Virus record (IMG/VR): IMGVR_UViG_3300009164_000001
Location: 19,557 to 83,556 of that record
Source: a virus
Direction: 5' to 3' (one strand)
Length of the DNA stretch: 64,000 bases
In this document: one piece after another, positions 40,676-49,864 of the stretch
Position numbering within the stretch: position 1 is the first letter of the stretch
Layout of the letters: the number at the start of each line of letters is the position of its first letter
Position numbers and translations under genes: made by a program
The notes under the pieces: model-generated
The model's input: only the letters and a program-made list of their open reading frames with translations
Database searches by the model: none
Told to the model about the DNA's origin: nothing

Positions 40676-42649
40676 TTATTCGTAGTTTTTATCAAACCAG
40701 TCATTGGTAGAATTGTCCCTATCGTCAAGTTTTAGCTCTTTATTGTACAACTCACGGGTGTGATACATACCAATCATCAAGGCCATGGCTCGGTCAAAGT
40801 TACCTTGACGGTTAAATTTAATAAGTTCTAACAAAAGAGCCGGGTCATAAATCTTATGCATGTTGAGGGTTACCTCCCCATCCTCGTTGGCCCCTCTACC
40901 ACTAACTAACCAATCTCTGATGTACAATTCTCCTTGAGCTTTTCTCTGCTCGGTCATGTGCATACCGTACTGTCGTTTTACCGTTTTGCTTCTAAGCTCT
41001 CTTTTATCCAGCATTTCGAACTCTTCTTGCAATAAATGCATTTTTCGGAATCGTTTAGCATAGGCAATAACTTCTCCTCGGTCATTTTCAAAACCGATTT
41101 TAGCATTGTAGTATTCAGCCAGCATAAATAGATTTCTATTGTATTCATCTTGTGACTGCGGTCTTCCGACATACGAAGCCACAATAATATCATCAGGTTT
41201 AGAAACATTGTTCGGAACTTTGATAACATAAGCAGCACCCAAAGATGTAGCCGATGCAGATTTTCCTTGAGCATATGGGTCATGGCAAACTACGTATAAA
41301 TTTTTTGGAATGTATTCTTCAACTTCAGTTCTGTATGGGGCTTCGTAAATTACAACTCCCCCAGTCAAGTTATCGTCTTTTCTGTGTGGGAATTTGACAA
41401 TAGGTTTAAGGTTTCCGTCAGGTCTAAACTTAACTTTACCTGCAGAATCGTACAGCATTTCCCCAATTACTCCGATCTTCTCTAGACCGTTTGCAATTAC
41501 ACGATTGTACTGTTCTTTTAACGAAGCAGTGTCAAACGTATTTGCAGTAACTTGAAGGGTTGCCTCTTGTGGGGTAAACGGCATCTCGGCTATGTACTGG
41601 TCAAAAGCTTTTGGGTCGTTACCTTTCTTCTTCTTTTCTCTTTGAGATTCTTCGTAGGCCATTGCCTCGTCAATTAAACTGTTTCCGTCTTTATCAATGA
41701 AACCGTCTAAGTTTTTGTAGATTGGAACGAAGTAACCACACTGTGTACCCATGGCCCCAGCATCCCAATCGTTATCAAATGAAAGACAGTCATAAGCTTC
41801 GGGGTGATAGAACAATTCTTCCATACCTTCAAAGCCTGGCCCCTCTTCTCCACCTGTTCCAAAGGCAACCATTGTTCCTAAAGTCTTAGAACCTTGTCTC
41901 ATTGTAGGCATGGCTATTTCCCAAGCTTTCAACAGTCCTGAGAATGAACCTGCCTCTTCAAAGAAGATAAGTTCACCTGCTTTACCACGGATTTTGTCTG
42001 GGTCATCTTTTAAGGATACCCCGATTATCTGTGATTTAAATCCAAGAGTTACATCGGCCCCGTTTACATTCTTTTTGTACCCAGACTGCTTGTGCATCTC
42101 TCGGTCAATCAAACGTGGTTGGGTCCAAGCTGTGTTATCGTCTACAAACGAGACAATGTCCCAAGCTTTAGATAGCATTCCATCTCCTGTTAAGTACTGC
42201 TTGTCAGAAGCAAATACAAAATTCTTAGAATTACGAATATGGAAGTAATTACGGCAGAGCATAGCTGCAGCCTTGTAGGAGAATCCTTTTCGACGGGCTT
42301 TAAGTACGACAAGATGCTTGTTGTCTCTACGTGCTTTATCCACCGAGCTGAAATACTCGTGGTCACCATCATAAAATGCTGGGAAACTTCGGTCACGTCG
42401 TGAAATAATTTCACCATCAGGTTGTTCTTCATCTATAATTCTATCTATTGGACAATAGTTTAAATAAAAATAGTGGAATCCAGAAATCTTTACCCCATTA
42501 ACTTCATACCCGTGCATGCATCTGAACTGCTCTGTGTCCCAGTACTCATAGTACTGCTTTGTGCCAGGTAAAGCTGCAGTATAAAAGCCGTTCTCAATGT
42601 AATGGGCAGCGGCCGGAGCAAATAGGTGTGTGTCTTTAAGTTTACTCAC
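40676..42649 (-). CDS. terL: Terminase large subunit
   Basis: HYFYLNY, LKARRKGFSY (Walker A), FFEEAG (Walker B), GTGG, nuclease HDPY and GNFDR. Confidence 0.93.
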   Translation of the reverse strand: MSKLKDTHLFAPAAAHYIENGFYTAALPGTKQYYEYWDTEQFRCMHGYEVNGVKISGFHYFYLNYCPIDRIIDEEQPDGEIISRRDRSFPAFYDGDHEYFSSVDKARRDNKHLVVLKARRKGFSYKAAAMLCRNYFHIRNSKNFVFASDKQYLTGDGMLSKAWDIVSFVDDNTAWTQPRLIDREMHKQSGYKKNVNGADVTLGFKSQIIGVSLKDDPDKIRGKAGELIFFEEAGSFSGLLKAWEIAMPTMRQGSKTLGTMVAFGTGGEEGPGFEGMEELFYHPEAYDCLSFDNDWDAGAMGTQCGYFVPIYKNLDGFIDKDGNSLIDEAMAYEESQREKKKKGNDPKAFDQYIAEMPFTPQEATLQVTANTFDTASLKEQYNRVIANGLEKIGVIGEMLYDSAGKVKFRPDGNLKPIVKFPHRKDDNLTGGVVIYEAPYRTEVEEYIPKNLYVVCHDPYAQGKSASATSLGAAYVIKVPNNVSKPDDIIVASYVGRPQSQDEYNRNLFMLAEYYNAKIGFENDRGEVIAYAKRFRKMHLLQEEFEMLDKRELRSKTVKRQYGMHMTEQRKAQGELYIRDWLVSGRGANEDGEVTLNMHKIYDPALLLELIKFNRQGNFDRAMALMIGMYHTRELYNKELKLDDRDNSTNDWFDKNYE

Positions 42650-43139
42650 TGTACTTGTTTGTTTTTACTCCAGCTCTGTTAGGATTATCTTTAGCTTGTT
42701 GTTTTTGTACTAGTTCTTCTAACCTGTCTAAGCCTTCTACAACTTCTCCAACCTTAGATAGGTTAGCAACTAAGTCTTTTGCTTGGTAAAGAAGTTTACC
42801 ATTGGCATCCATAGCTGTTAAGTCAATGTTCTGAAAGTATTTTTCAAGCTTGTTTACTGAAGATCTAGCTGCTTTCAAGAGTTTTATCCCGTGGGTTTCA
42901 CTTAGCTCTTGGTATTTCTTTACGGCCCCTGCTAATTTTGGATTGACTTTTACTTTTAAGTCTTCTTCTAGTTTTGTTTGACGTTCTTCGTCATCATAAG
43001 CTGCATAGCTGGACCTGTGATCAGCATAAAAGAAGACAAAGCTCAACTCTTTGATTGATAACTTCTCAAATTCTGGAATAGTTAAAGCATACACTGATGG
43101 TATGACTACATTATTATTTACCGTTAGCAAGTCTCTCAT
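42642..43139 (-). CDS. Conserved protein upstream of TerL, possible terminase small subunit
   Basis: Overlaps the terL start; helical. Confidence 0.5.
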   Translation of the reverse strand: MRDLLTVNNNVVIPSVYALTIPEFEKLSIKELSFVFFYADHRSSYAAYDDEERQTKLEEDLKVKVNPKLAGAVKKYQELSETHGIKLLKAARSSVNKLEKYFQNIDLTAMDANGKLLYQAKDLVANLSKVGEVVEGLDRLEELVQKQQAKDNPNRAGVKTNKYSE

Positions 43140-43347
43140 TTTTCTTTCTTGTTAGCTCATTTAAGTAAGCAATCCTTGTTTTCTTTGCATGAAATTTTCC
43201 AAAATACGGAAGTCTTACAGACTGAAAGTTACCCTCTTTTATGATTTTGGCCGTGTACTTAAACTGATGGTATATAATCTCTTCTATCTTGGCAAGTGGT
43301 AAGTTAAACTTGCTTGCAAGTTTTTGAATGATTATCTTTTCCTTCAT
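43114..43347 (-). CDS. HU/IHF-like DNA-binding protein
   Basis: Basic; VRLPYFGKF matches the HU V.L.GFG.F motif. Confidence 0.7.
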   Translation of the reverse strand: MKEKIIIQKLASKFNLPLAKIEEIIYHQFKYTAKIIKEGNFQSVRLPYFGKFHAKKTRIAYLNELTRKKNERLANGK

Positions 43348-43628
43348 TTTTTTAAGTTAAGTTTTTTTCCTTCTTCCCCAACTACATGTCTATCCCATCT
43401 TTGTGGGGTGTCTGGACAAGTGCTGGTAGCCCACTTAGCTTTTGTTTCTACAAAGCAGCCACATAAGCCACATTGTTTTTCATCCACTAAATGTGGGCAA
43501 GAGTTACAAGCTTGTAGCCTTTGCTCGTACTTTTGATTTGATACATGCTCTGCACCTGTGGCCACGTGTTTAGCAACTGCAGACATCAAGTTTTTTGCCA
43601 TCTGAAATTTACTCGGTAGTTTGCTCAT
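43344..43628 (-). CDS. Cys-rich zinc-binding protein
   Basis: R...CNSC...QCGLCGC....KAKW....CP....W. Confidence 0.65.
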   Translation of the reverse strand: MSKLPSKFQMAKNLMSAVAKHVATGAEHVSNQKYEQRLQACNSCPHLVDEKQCGLCGCFVETKAKWATSTCPDTPQRWDRHVVGEEGKKLNLKK

Positions 43629-43749
43629 CTTCAAAAATTATTTCAAGTAATTCTACTTTACCTTTTCCGTTTTGCACAACCCCTAACCGTACAGAATCCA
43701 TGTAGAAATAGGTAACTACTTTGCTACTGGTTACTATTGTTGGGATCAT
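43609..43749 (-). CDS. Hypothetical 46-aa protein
   Basis: Hand translation MIPTIVTSSKVVTYFYMDSV...EQTTE; fills the gap and overlaps both neighbours. Confidence 0.5.
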   Translation of the reverse strand: MIPTIVTSSKVVTYFYMDSVRLGVVQNGKGKVELLEIIFEDEQTTE

Positions 43750-44057
43750 ACTGGAATTACGTTAATTTGAACCTGTTCTTTCTTAAGTAGTGGAGATAAC
43801 TCGTACCCGTTCTTTGTTTGAACTATGGCATTCTTATCTTTCAACCTTTTAACGTAATTGTTTAAAGTATTGTGGTCTTTGATTTCCATTACTTCTGCTA
43901 CTTTCTTTTTGTTAGCAGGAGAGCACAGGTTTACAGTCTCACTATTGTCAATGAAACTAGCTAGAATTCTAAGTTCTGTGTCTGTTAATTCCAGTATCCC
44001 ATTGAACACTTGTAAGAACTTTAACGTGTTGTCTGTTTTAATGTTAAACTTCCTCAT
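43746..44057 (-). CDS. Winged-HTH / RepL-like DNA-binding protein
   Basis: LTDTELRIL...KKKVAEVMEI...TLNNYVKRLKDK. Confidence 0.6.
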   Translation of the reverse strand: MRKFNIKTDNTLKFLQVFNGILELTDTELRILASFIDNSETVNLCSPANKKKVAEVMEIKDHNTLNNYVKRLKDKNAIVQTKNGYELSPLLKKEQVQINVIPV

Positions 44058-44304
44058 CGTCTTCTTTAAGTTTGATTAATTGGATTTTTGCACGGCCATC
44101 CACGATGTGCACTTTGCAAGTTTTAGAGTAACTATTGAACTCTTCAAGATGTTCGTCAATATTTTCTCTTGTAACCAAGAAAGTAAGAAATACTTCAATC
44201 TCTTTAGTAGCTTGAAGTATATCTTTCTTTAATGATTGGAGATTTGGGGAAGCATCTCTAAGAGCATGATAGTCCTCTAGTGATAGAGTGACTGATCCGT
44301 TCAT
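44044..44304 (-). CDS. Hypothetical protein
   Basis: Packed ORF. Confidence 0.55.
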   Translation of the reverse strand: MNGSVTLSLEDYHALRDASPNLQSLKKDILQATKEIEVFLTFLVTRENIDEHLEEFNSYSKTCKVHIVDGRAKIQLIKLKEDDEEV

Positions 44305-44576
44305 TACATTACCCCTAATACAGCCATTGACTCGTTAATCATAACATAGTCATTGCCATCAATTTCAATGATTACTCCGTCACTTGCTGGGTGAATGTAT
44401 ACAACATCTCCAGGTTTGCATTTGCAATCTGGTCCTGCAGCTAGTACAGGAAGTACGTTAGAACGAAGTGCAGATGCTGATTTTTCTGATAGGATGATAC
44501 CTGCATCAGTTACTTTTTTGTCCGGCTTTGGGACTACCAACCAATCACGGGTTGGTTTAAAATTAAAATTTTCCAT
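44304..44576 (-). CDS. groES: Co-chaperonin GroES-like
   Basis: FKPTRDWLVV...TDAGIIL...VLAAGP...GDVV...DYVMINES.VLG. Confidence 0.85.
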   Translation of the reverse strand: MENFNFKPTRDWLVVPKPDKKVTDAGIILSEKSASALRSNVLPVLAAGPDCKCKPGDVVYIHPASDGVIIEIDGNDYVMINESMAVLGVM

Positions 44577-44597
44577 TTGTTATTAGTTTGCTTGATG

Positions 44598-44605
44598 CAA
44601 ATATA
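44598..44605 (-). promoter_or_regulatory. Bacteroidota -7 element (TATATTTG)
   Basis: Intergenic, 21 nt upstream of the groES ATG. Confidence 0.55.
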
Positions 44606-44632
44606 ACAAGGAATCTTATATAACCAAATCTT

Positions 44633-45079
44633 TTACTTAAAAACTGCAACTATAGTAGTGGCAATGAATAGAGAAGTAGTGAATACAAATACCCCTGTTG
44701 AAATCTTATAGGTACGTAAATCCTCTTTTGTGTTACCAAGCTCAAGGTTTAAGTTGTCGACATCTAGTTGCAAGGTCCCAATCTTTTCAAGGTTTATTTT
44801 ATTTGAATCTACCGATTTAACATATGAGTTAGTCAATGTCTTGATAGCTAAGTCTTTATCAGCTAATCTTATTTCATAAGAATTAACATTTTGATTTAGT
44901 AGGAATTCACTTTTCTTACAAGCATCTAGGTTTACTAATGCCTTAAGTAGTAGCTCTTCTTGTTTAGTTGTAAAGAATACTCCAGCTTGGCTGTTGTAAT
45001 TAATCCTTTGGGGAGTAAGTTGCCCATAGCTGATCACGTTCATCGTTATCAGCACTAGAAATACGACCAATGACTTCAT
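44633..45079 (-). CDS. Spanin-like protein (signal peptide, coiled coil, C-terminal TM)
   Basis: Overlaps the upstream membrane gene within the lysis cluster. Confidence 0.45.
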   Translation of the reverse strand: MKSLVVFLVLITMNVISYGQLTPQRINYNSQAGVFFTTKQEELLLKALVNLDACKKSEFLLNQNVNSYEIRLADKDLAIKTLTNSYVKSVDSNKINLEKIGTLQLDVDNLNLELGNTKEDLRTYKISTGVFVFTTSLFIATTIVAVFK

Positions 45080-45362
45080 CTCTGTCTTTTTTTATGTTAA
45101 TGATTAGGTGTGCATTTGCAAGTATCTTGTATTTGTTGATACTATCGTGATAAGCTAAGCTATCTACAATGTGCATAGTCTGTATTGAGTCAATTTTGAG
45201 CTCATACAAATCTGATATTACTTTTAGTCTAGCATCTGCTTTTCTTTTAGCCTCTTTAATATCCTGTAGTTGGGAAACTACCCCAATTAGAATAGTAGCC
45301 AATACTGCACATGCTAAAAACGCTACTCCTTGCCAAGAAATTACTTTATCCTTCTGGTTCAT
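45000..45362 (-). CDS. Inner-membrane spanin-like protein
   Basis: Likely start MNQKDK; N-terminal TM plus helical region; follows the holin candidate. Confidence 0.5.
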   Translation of the reverse strand: MNQKDKVISWQGVAFLACAVLATILIGVVSQLQDIKEAKRKADARLKVISDLYELKIDSIQTMHIVDSLAYHDSINKYKILANAHLIINIKKDRDEVIGRISSADNDERDQLWATYSPKD

Positions 45363-45591
45363 TTGCTTTTGGTTTTCCAAATACTTTTGATACATTTTCT
45401 ACTGCTGTAAATCCCATTCCTGCTCCCGATAAAATCAATAATCCATCATAAATAAACTCTGGACAAATGTAAATTGTAAATGTTGACACATATGCAATGA
45501 TTAAGCATGTCAAAAGAGCTAGGAATGACCCAACTCTTTTGTAGCTTACATCTCCTTCAGCAGAAAACATTGATTTTACCCACTTTTTCAT
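45346..45591 (-). CDS. Holin candidate
   Basis: 81 aa, two TM segments, SYKR motif, next to the endolysin candidate. Confidence 0.65.
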   Translation of the reverse strand: MKKWVKSMFSAEGDVSYKRVGSFLALLTCLIIAYVSTFTIYICPEFIYDGLLILSGAGMGFTAVENVSKVFGKPKANEPEG

Positions 45592-46136
45592 TAGAATTCT
45601 CTAAGTAAAGTGTAAGTAAATGCTTTTCTACCCGATGTCTTACAAGAGCTAATCAATGTTTTGAACTGTTCGGGGTCATCTAACACTTGACATCCTGCAG
45701 ACCACTTATCTATAAATTTAGAAATAGCAGCTGAGTTAGCACGGTGTATGTTAATACCAAATAAACCGGTATCTTCTTTACCTTGCTCTTCTGCAGTATC
45801 ATCTTTGTCACCATCACGGTATACAGTAACAGGCTTAGCTTGTACTAATGCCTCGTACTTACCTTGATGTAACCCTAATTTCCAACTGTCGACGTATTGT
45901 CCTGGCTTGAGGACTGCAGTTCCTTTAGGATTTAGTAAATTCTTTAACCAGTGAGTTCCAGGATTAGTAGTTCCTGAGTATACGTACATTATTGGGCCTT
46001 TAATCAAGTAAAAATAATCATCAAACTTGTTCTTTTCGTTGGCTTTAGATCTTACACCAATAACATGCATTGTTGGCCATTGATAGTTAAGCTCTTTGAA
46101 CTTGTTTTCTAATTCTACGTAAGAATACTTTTTCAT
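45591..46136 (-). CDS. Endolysin candidate (YkuD / L,D-transpeptidase-like Cys-His fold)
   Basis: TTNPG, GINIHRA...WSAGCQV; heads the lysis cluster. Confidence 0.65.
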   Translation of the reverse strand: MKKYSYVELENKFKELNYQWPTMHVIGVRSKANEKNKFDDYFYLIKGPIMYVYSGTTNPGTHWLKNLLNPKGTAVLKPGQYVDSWKLGLHQGKYEALVQAKPVTVYRDGDKDDTAEEQGKEDTGLFGINIHRANSAAISKFIDKWSAGCQVLDDPEQFKTLISSCKTSGRKAFTYTLLREF

Positions 46137-46393
46137 TCTGTTTGGTTTATAATTGTTACTCCTATTGCATTAGCTACACATTGGTTTATATAAGTATTAT
46201 CTAATCCCCAAGCTGCAAACTCTTCTTCAGTTAGGGTGTACTCACCTCTAGATATTAAGTTATTTTCTTCTGAAATTAGTTCGTAATATGTTTTGCAAGT
46301 TACTGCATTAGTAGCAAAGTTCAAAACTGTCACAGTCATGTGGGTAGCAATACCTTGATTTAAAGGAAATATTACTGGCTCTATTTGTATCAT
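46133..46393 (-). CDS. Small fibre-associated protein
   Basis: Likely start MIQIEPV; directly after the fibre gene. Confidence 0.5.
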   Translation of the reverse strand: MIQIEPVIFPLNQGIATHMTVTVLNFATNAVTCKTYYELISEENNLISRGEYTLTEEEFAAWGLDNTYINQCVANAIGVTIINQTE

Positions 46394-46401
46394 GTTGTTT
46401 A

Positions 46402-49020
46402 TTATATTGATGTAACTACCTCCCAACCTGCATTACCCCCAATTACAAGCTTACCTAAAGTGCTATCATAAATTAAAGCCCCTTTAACGTAAGCAGGTCG
46501 AGAACCTGTAGCGTATTGTTGAATGTTTACTCTAGCTCTTAAAATAGTATCTGTTATTGAAGTATTTCCAATTGTTGCTGTGTTAGATCCAGCACCTACT
46601 GCATTATAACCAATAACAATTTGATTATTTTGGCTATCTGCTAATGGGTAAGCATTTGCTCCAATAATTACAGATGTATTAAGAACTGTAGCTGCTGTTG
46701 CACCACCACTTATATACCTACCTGCTTGGTTTCCTATAACAACATTAGTTCCACCAGTAAGATTTGATAACAGGGCTTGAAATCCTATGGCTACATTTGA
46801 TATACCAGAAGTATTTGATGAACCTGCTTGCCACCCAAAAAATGCATTGTTACTTCCTGTAGAGTTTTGCCCAGTGTAAGCTCCGTAAAATGAATTGCTA
46901 CTTCCAGTTGCAGCGGCTCCTGAAAAATAACCCATATATACATTTTGTGTTGTAGTTACGCTAGATTGGCCAGCATATGTTCCAACAAATACGTTTTGCA
47001 CCCCTCTTGTTGTATTTATCCCTGCTTGATGCCCAACAAATACATTAGAAGTGCCTGAAGTATGAGATTGTCCAGCAAGAGATCCTATAAATGTATTCTG
47101 AGATCCCGAAGTATTTCTTTGGCCGGCACCTGTACCAAAGAATAAATTGTTATTTGAGGATGAGTTTCTAAATTCGTTAACTACTGTTCCACCATTAGTT
47201 TGCCATGACATTGATGCTGTAGAAGTATTAATCTGTTTAACAGATAATACAATTGTCCCATCAAAGTCAGTAGTTGGTACAATGTTTAAAGCTGTTGTTG
47301 CTGTTGCTTTTATGCCAAATCCTCCAGAGGCTGTTAATCCAGCTAATGATTCACCAGCATAGTTAATAGTAAAATTTCCTAGGGTTCTTCCTGTAACAGT
47401 TATAGTAATTTGATAAAAAAACCCATTAGTTGCAGTAAGAGCAGAAGTCAATGCAACTACACTACCTGTAGTATGAGTATATCCTGTTGCAAAAGAAGTT
47501 CCTGCCCAGTTAGTTCCCGATGCTGTTGTTGCAAGTTCAGAACCTAATGGAGCAGAGTCCATATTAACAGTGTTCCTGAAGTTCATCGTATCTCGGAACA
47601 TTGATGTACCATTGTCATCGAGCTTGAAGCCTGCGTCTGTTGTGGTGCCGATGAGGAAGTTACTTCCTGTATTTACATAACAAGCAGCTGTAGTACCTAT
47701 ATTAAAAATATTTGTATATGCTGAATTGTATACAGCAAATGCAGTTGCTGTTGAAAATCCTCTTATATATGAAACAGCACTTGCGTTGAATTTAATATAC
47801 CCACTACTATTAATTACAGCTGCATTAGCACTTGCTGATGGTGTTAAATTAAGCAGGTTGTCTCCACTACTAACAAGATTCAAACGTTTGTTTGTATTGT
47901 CCCAACTAAACGCTGTGTTATCTTGAGCTATCGTTGTTCCATTGCTGAATAGAACACTACCACTTGTTAAAGCTGGCAATGTAAACTTTGCATTCCATGT
48001 AGCAGCCGAAGCAATCCTTGAATCAGCTAAAGTACCTAGCCAAGTTAATGTATGAGTTGTCCCTGAAGAAACTATTGATACGTTTGCATCATTTACAAAT
48101 GTTTGGGCTGCTGCAGTTAAACTGTTTAATGCAGTCATCCCAGTTCCAGCCATAATACCTGACTGTTGAGTCACTGTTAAAATAGCTGATGGTGTTGCAG
48201 GATGTGGTGGTGTAGCGGCTTCCGCAAATATCTCAACGTGAATATTCGACACAGCCCACATTAATTCGTAGTAGTCCCCAGCTACAACGTCCAAGACATA
48301 GTTCCAAGCTGCTATTACTGGAGAGGCACTTGCCGATCCTGTTAACACAACCTTACCCGTAGTAGACGGAATGTCAACTCCGTTTTTTCTTAACCATATA
48401 TCGGCAGTCATATTTCCGCTTCCTCCATTCTTCTCTAGTTGTAAAGAGAATTGGATATTGTATATGCCTGTATTTGCAATAGTTATTCTAGTAGGATCTC
48501 CACTTCCATTATTAACTATTGTAATACCATCTGATAAGTCTGTGGTATTTAATTTAACTGCGTATGGGGTATTAATTGCAGCTGCTAATTGTGTAGTATT
48601 ATCTTGGAAAGCTCCGTAGTAACCAGTTGGGGTAGCCCCACCTCCAGTAGAATTTATTGTAACATTTCCAGTTCCTCCTACTGGAGAAATAGATATGTTA
48701 GAGCCAGCTATAATTTTAGTTACTCCTGAGTTTGTAATGGTTGTTAATCCATCTTTGTCTGTAGCTACTGTTATGCCGGTACCCCCTTGAAGGAGGGAGG
48801 TTAGATTTTTAAACCTAAATGATTTTACTTTACCAAGGGTTCCGTTCTGATCTATCACTTCTGCATAAGCTGTAAGGATTTGATTGTGTTCAATCTTCCC
48901 AACTGCTCTTGTAGTTCCTGCCATTATACCACCAGTCTCATCGATATCAATAAGTTGTCTAAGAGAGATATCAACTTTCTTAGTTGGCTTAGATTCTTCT
49001 ATGATGGTAAAGGTATCCAT
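46402..49020 (-). CDS. Tail fibre / receptor-binding protein (872 aa)
   Basis: AGSNISIS repeats, C1q/BclA-like domain (YGAFQD...TGIYNIQFSLQ...DYYELMW), about ten 14-residue N..(I/V/F)G..AG YadA-head-like repeats. Confidence 0.8.
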   Translation of the reverse strand: MDTFTIIEESKPTKKVDISLRQLIDIDETGGIMAGTTRAVGKIEHNQILTAYAEVIDQNGTLGKVKSFRFKNLTSLLQGGTGITVATDKDGLTTITNSGVTKIIAGSNISISPVGGTGNVTINSTGGGATPTGYYGAFQDNTTQLAAAINTPYAVKLNTTDLSDGITIVNNGSGDPTRITIANTGIYNIQFSLQLEKNGGSGNMTADIWLRKNGVDIPSTTGKVVLTGSASASPVIAAWNYVLDVVAGDYYELMWAVSNIHVEIFAEAATPPHPATPSAILTVTQQSGIMAGTGMTALNSLTAAAQTFVNDANVSIVSSGTTHTLTWLGTLADSRIASAATWNAKFTLPALTSGSVLFSNGTTIAQDNTAFSWDNTNKRLNLVSSGDNLLNLTPSASANAAVINSSGYIKFNASAVSYIRGFSTATAFAVYNSAYTNIFNIGTTAACYVNTGSNFLIGTTTDAGFKLDDNGTSMFRDTMNFRNTVNMDSAPLGSELATTASGTNWAGTSFATGYTHTTGSVVALTSALTATNGFFYQITITVTGRTLGNFTINYAGESLAGLTASGGFGIKATATTALNIVPTTDFDGTIVLSVKQINTSTASMSWQTNGGTVVNEFRNSSSNNNLFFGTGAGQRNTSGSQNTFIGSLAGQSHTSGTSNVFVGHQAGINTTRGVQNVFVGTYAGQSSVTTTQNVYMGYFSGAAATGSSNSFYGAYTGQNSTGSNNAFFGWQAGSSNTSGISNVAIGFQALLSNLTGGTNVVIGNQAGRYISGGATAATVLNTSVIIGANAYPLADSQNNQIVIGYNAVGAGSNTATIGNTSITDTILRARVNIQQYATGSRPAYVKGALIYDSTLGKLVIGGNAGWEVVTSI

Positions 49021-49250
49021 TAGTTAAGTTTAGTTCTAGCTTGGATATACAAATGTGACTTCTCTTGTTCTGCAGCCATTACAGCCATTATCCCCCGTAG
49101 CTCTTCATATGTAAATTGAAGAACTAAGTCATCTTCAGCATTTAAGACTTGGATAACATTCTCATCAATATACACTACAGCTTGCTCGGCCTCCTCTTCT
49201 AATTTAGTAAAAGGAGGTTGATAAACCCCAGTCTTAAGGTAAGTTGGCAT
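49020..49250 (-). CDS. Hypothetical protein
   Basis: Stop overlaps the fibre start; TATCTTTG at 49269-49276 upstream. Confidence 0.55.
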   Translation of the reverse strand: MPTYLKTGVYQPPFTKLEEEAEQAVVYIDENVIQVLNAEDDLVLQFTYEELRGIMAVMAAEQEKSHLYIQARTKLN

Positions 49251-49289
49251 TTGTACTTAATTTGAAATCAAAGATAATCAAATTCTTGG

Positions 49290-49535
49290 ACATAGTTATC
49301 CCCTTGGAGTTTTTTGTGTTTAAAATTGACCTTCAGATTACTGCCGTCTTTAGCCTTCGGAGGAACATTTCTGTCAGCCTATAGTTTTAACCCTCCCCAG
49401 TATCCTATATCAATTCAATTTTTGCAACTATTGGGGACAACTTTCTTCAGCTATGTTACTGAAAATAGAACCCAACTTCTGACCCCCTACTTTGGTTACC
49501 TCAGGGGTGATCGTATTGGCTTACGGTTGCAGATG
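49290..49535 (-). ncRNA. Candidate structured ncRNA of unknown class
   Basis: No convincing ORF, higher GC, several stems, TATATTTG immediately upstream at 49536-49543. Confidence 0.5.
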
Positions 49536-49552
49536 CAAATATAATAAGTTTG

Positions 49553-49687
49553 TTACCCTTGTCCTACTGAAACTTTCCGATACAACTTGGAAGTTTTCAA
49601 CTTAGACGACTTTTTTTTACCGTGAATTCCAGGACGTTTTCTCTTTGGTTTTGGATTAAAGTTTGATGTAGTTGCTACTTTTGCCAT
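49553..49687 (-). CDS. Small very basic protein (44 aa)
   Basis: Hand translation MAKVATTSNFNPKPKRKRPGIHGKKKSSKLKTSKLYRKVSVGQG. Confidence 0.65.
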   Translation of the reverse strand: MAKVATTSNFNPKPKRKRPGIHGKKKSSKLKTSKLYRKVSVGQG

Positions 49688-49692
49688 TGCTC

Positions 49693-49848
49693 TTAATGCT
49701 TTTCTAATGTGATTCTAAATGATGTGTTGTACAAATATATGCTTAAGTACAATTCCCACCACAATTTACTTTCTGGTCTTACAAATTTGAAGTCCACCCC
49801 AATTCTTTGGGTAAGCTTCATCTTTCTTTTGGTTACTCTAAATTTCAT
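49693..49848 (-). CDS. Hypothetical 51-aa protein
   Basis: Hand translation MKFRVTKRKMKLTQ...LEKH, packed between neighbours. Confidence 0.45.
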   Translation of the reverse strand: MKFRVTKRKMKLTQRIGVDFKFVRPESKLWWELYLSIYLYNTSFRITLEKH

Positions 49849-49864
49849 CTTTCTTTTATTTTAG

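Noticed and set aside
636-48619. Many short plus-strand ORFs in the track, opposite the structural genes
   Set aside because: Antisense shadows of long minus-strand genes with no recognisable motifs
46402-49020. Diversity-generating retroelement targeting the fibre
   Set aside because: No reverse transcriptase or TR/VR repeat pair seen in this window
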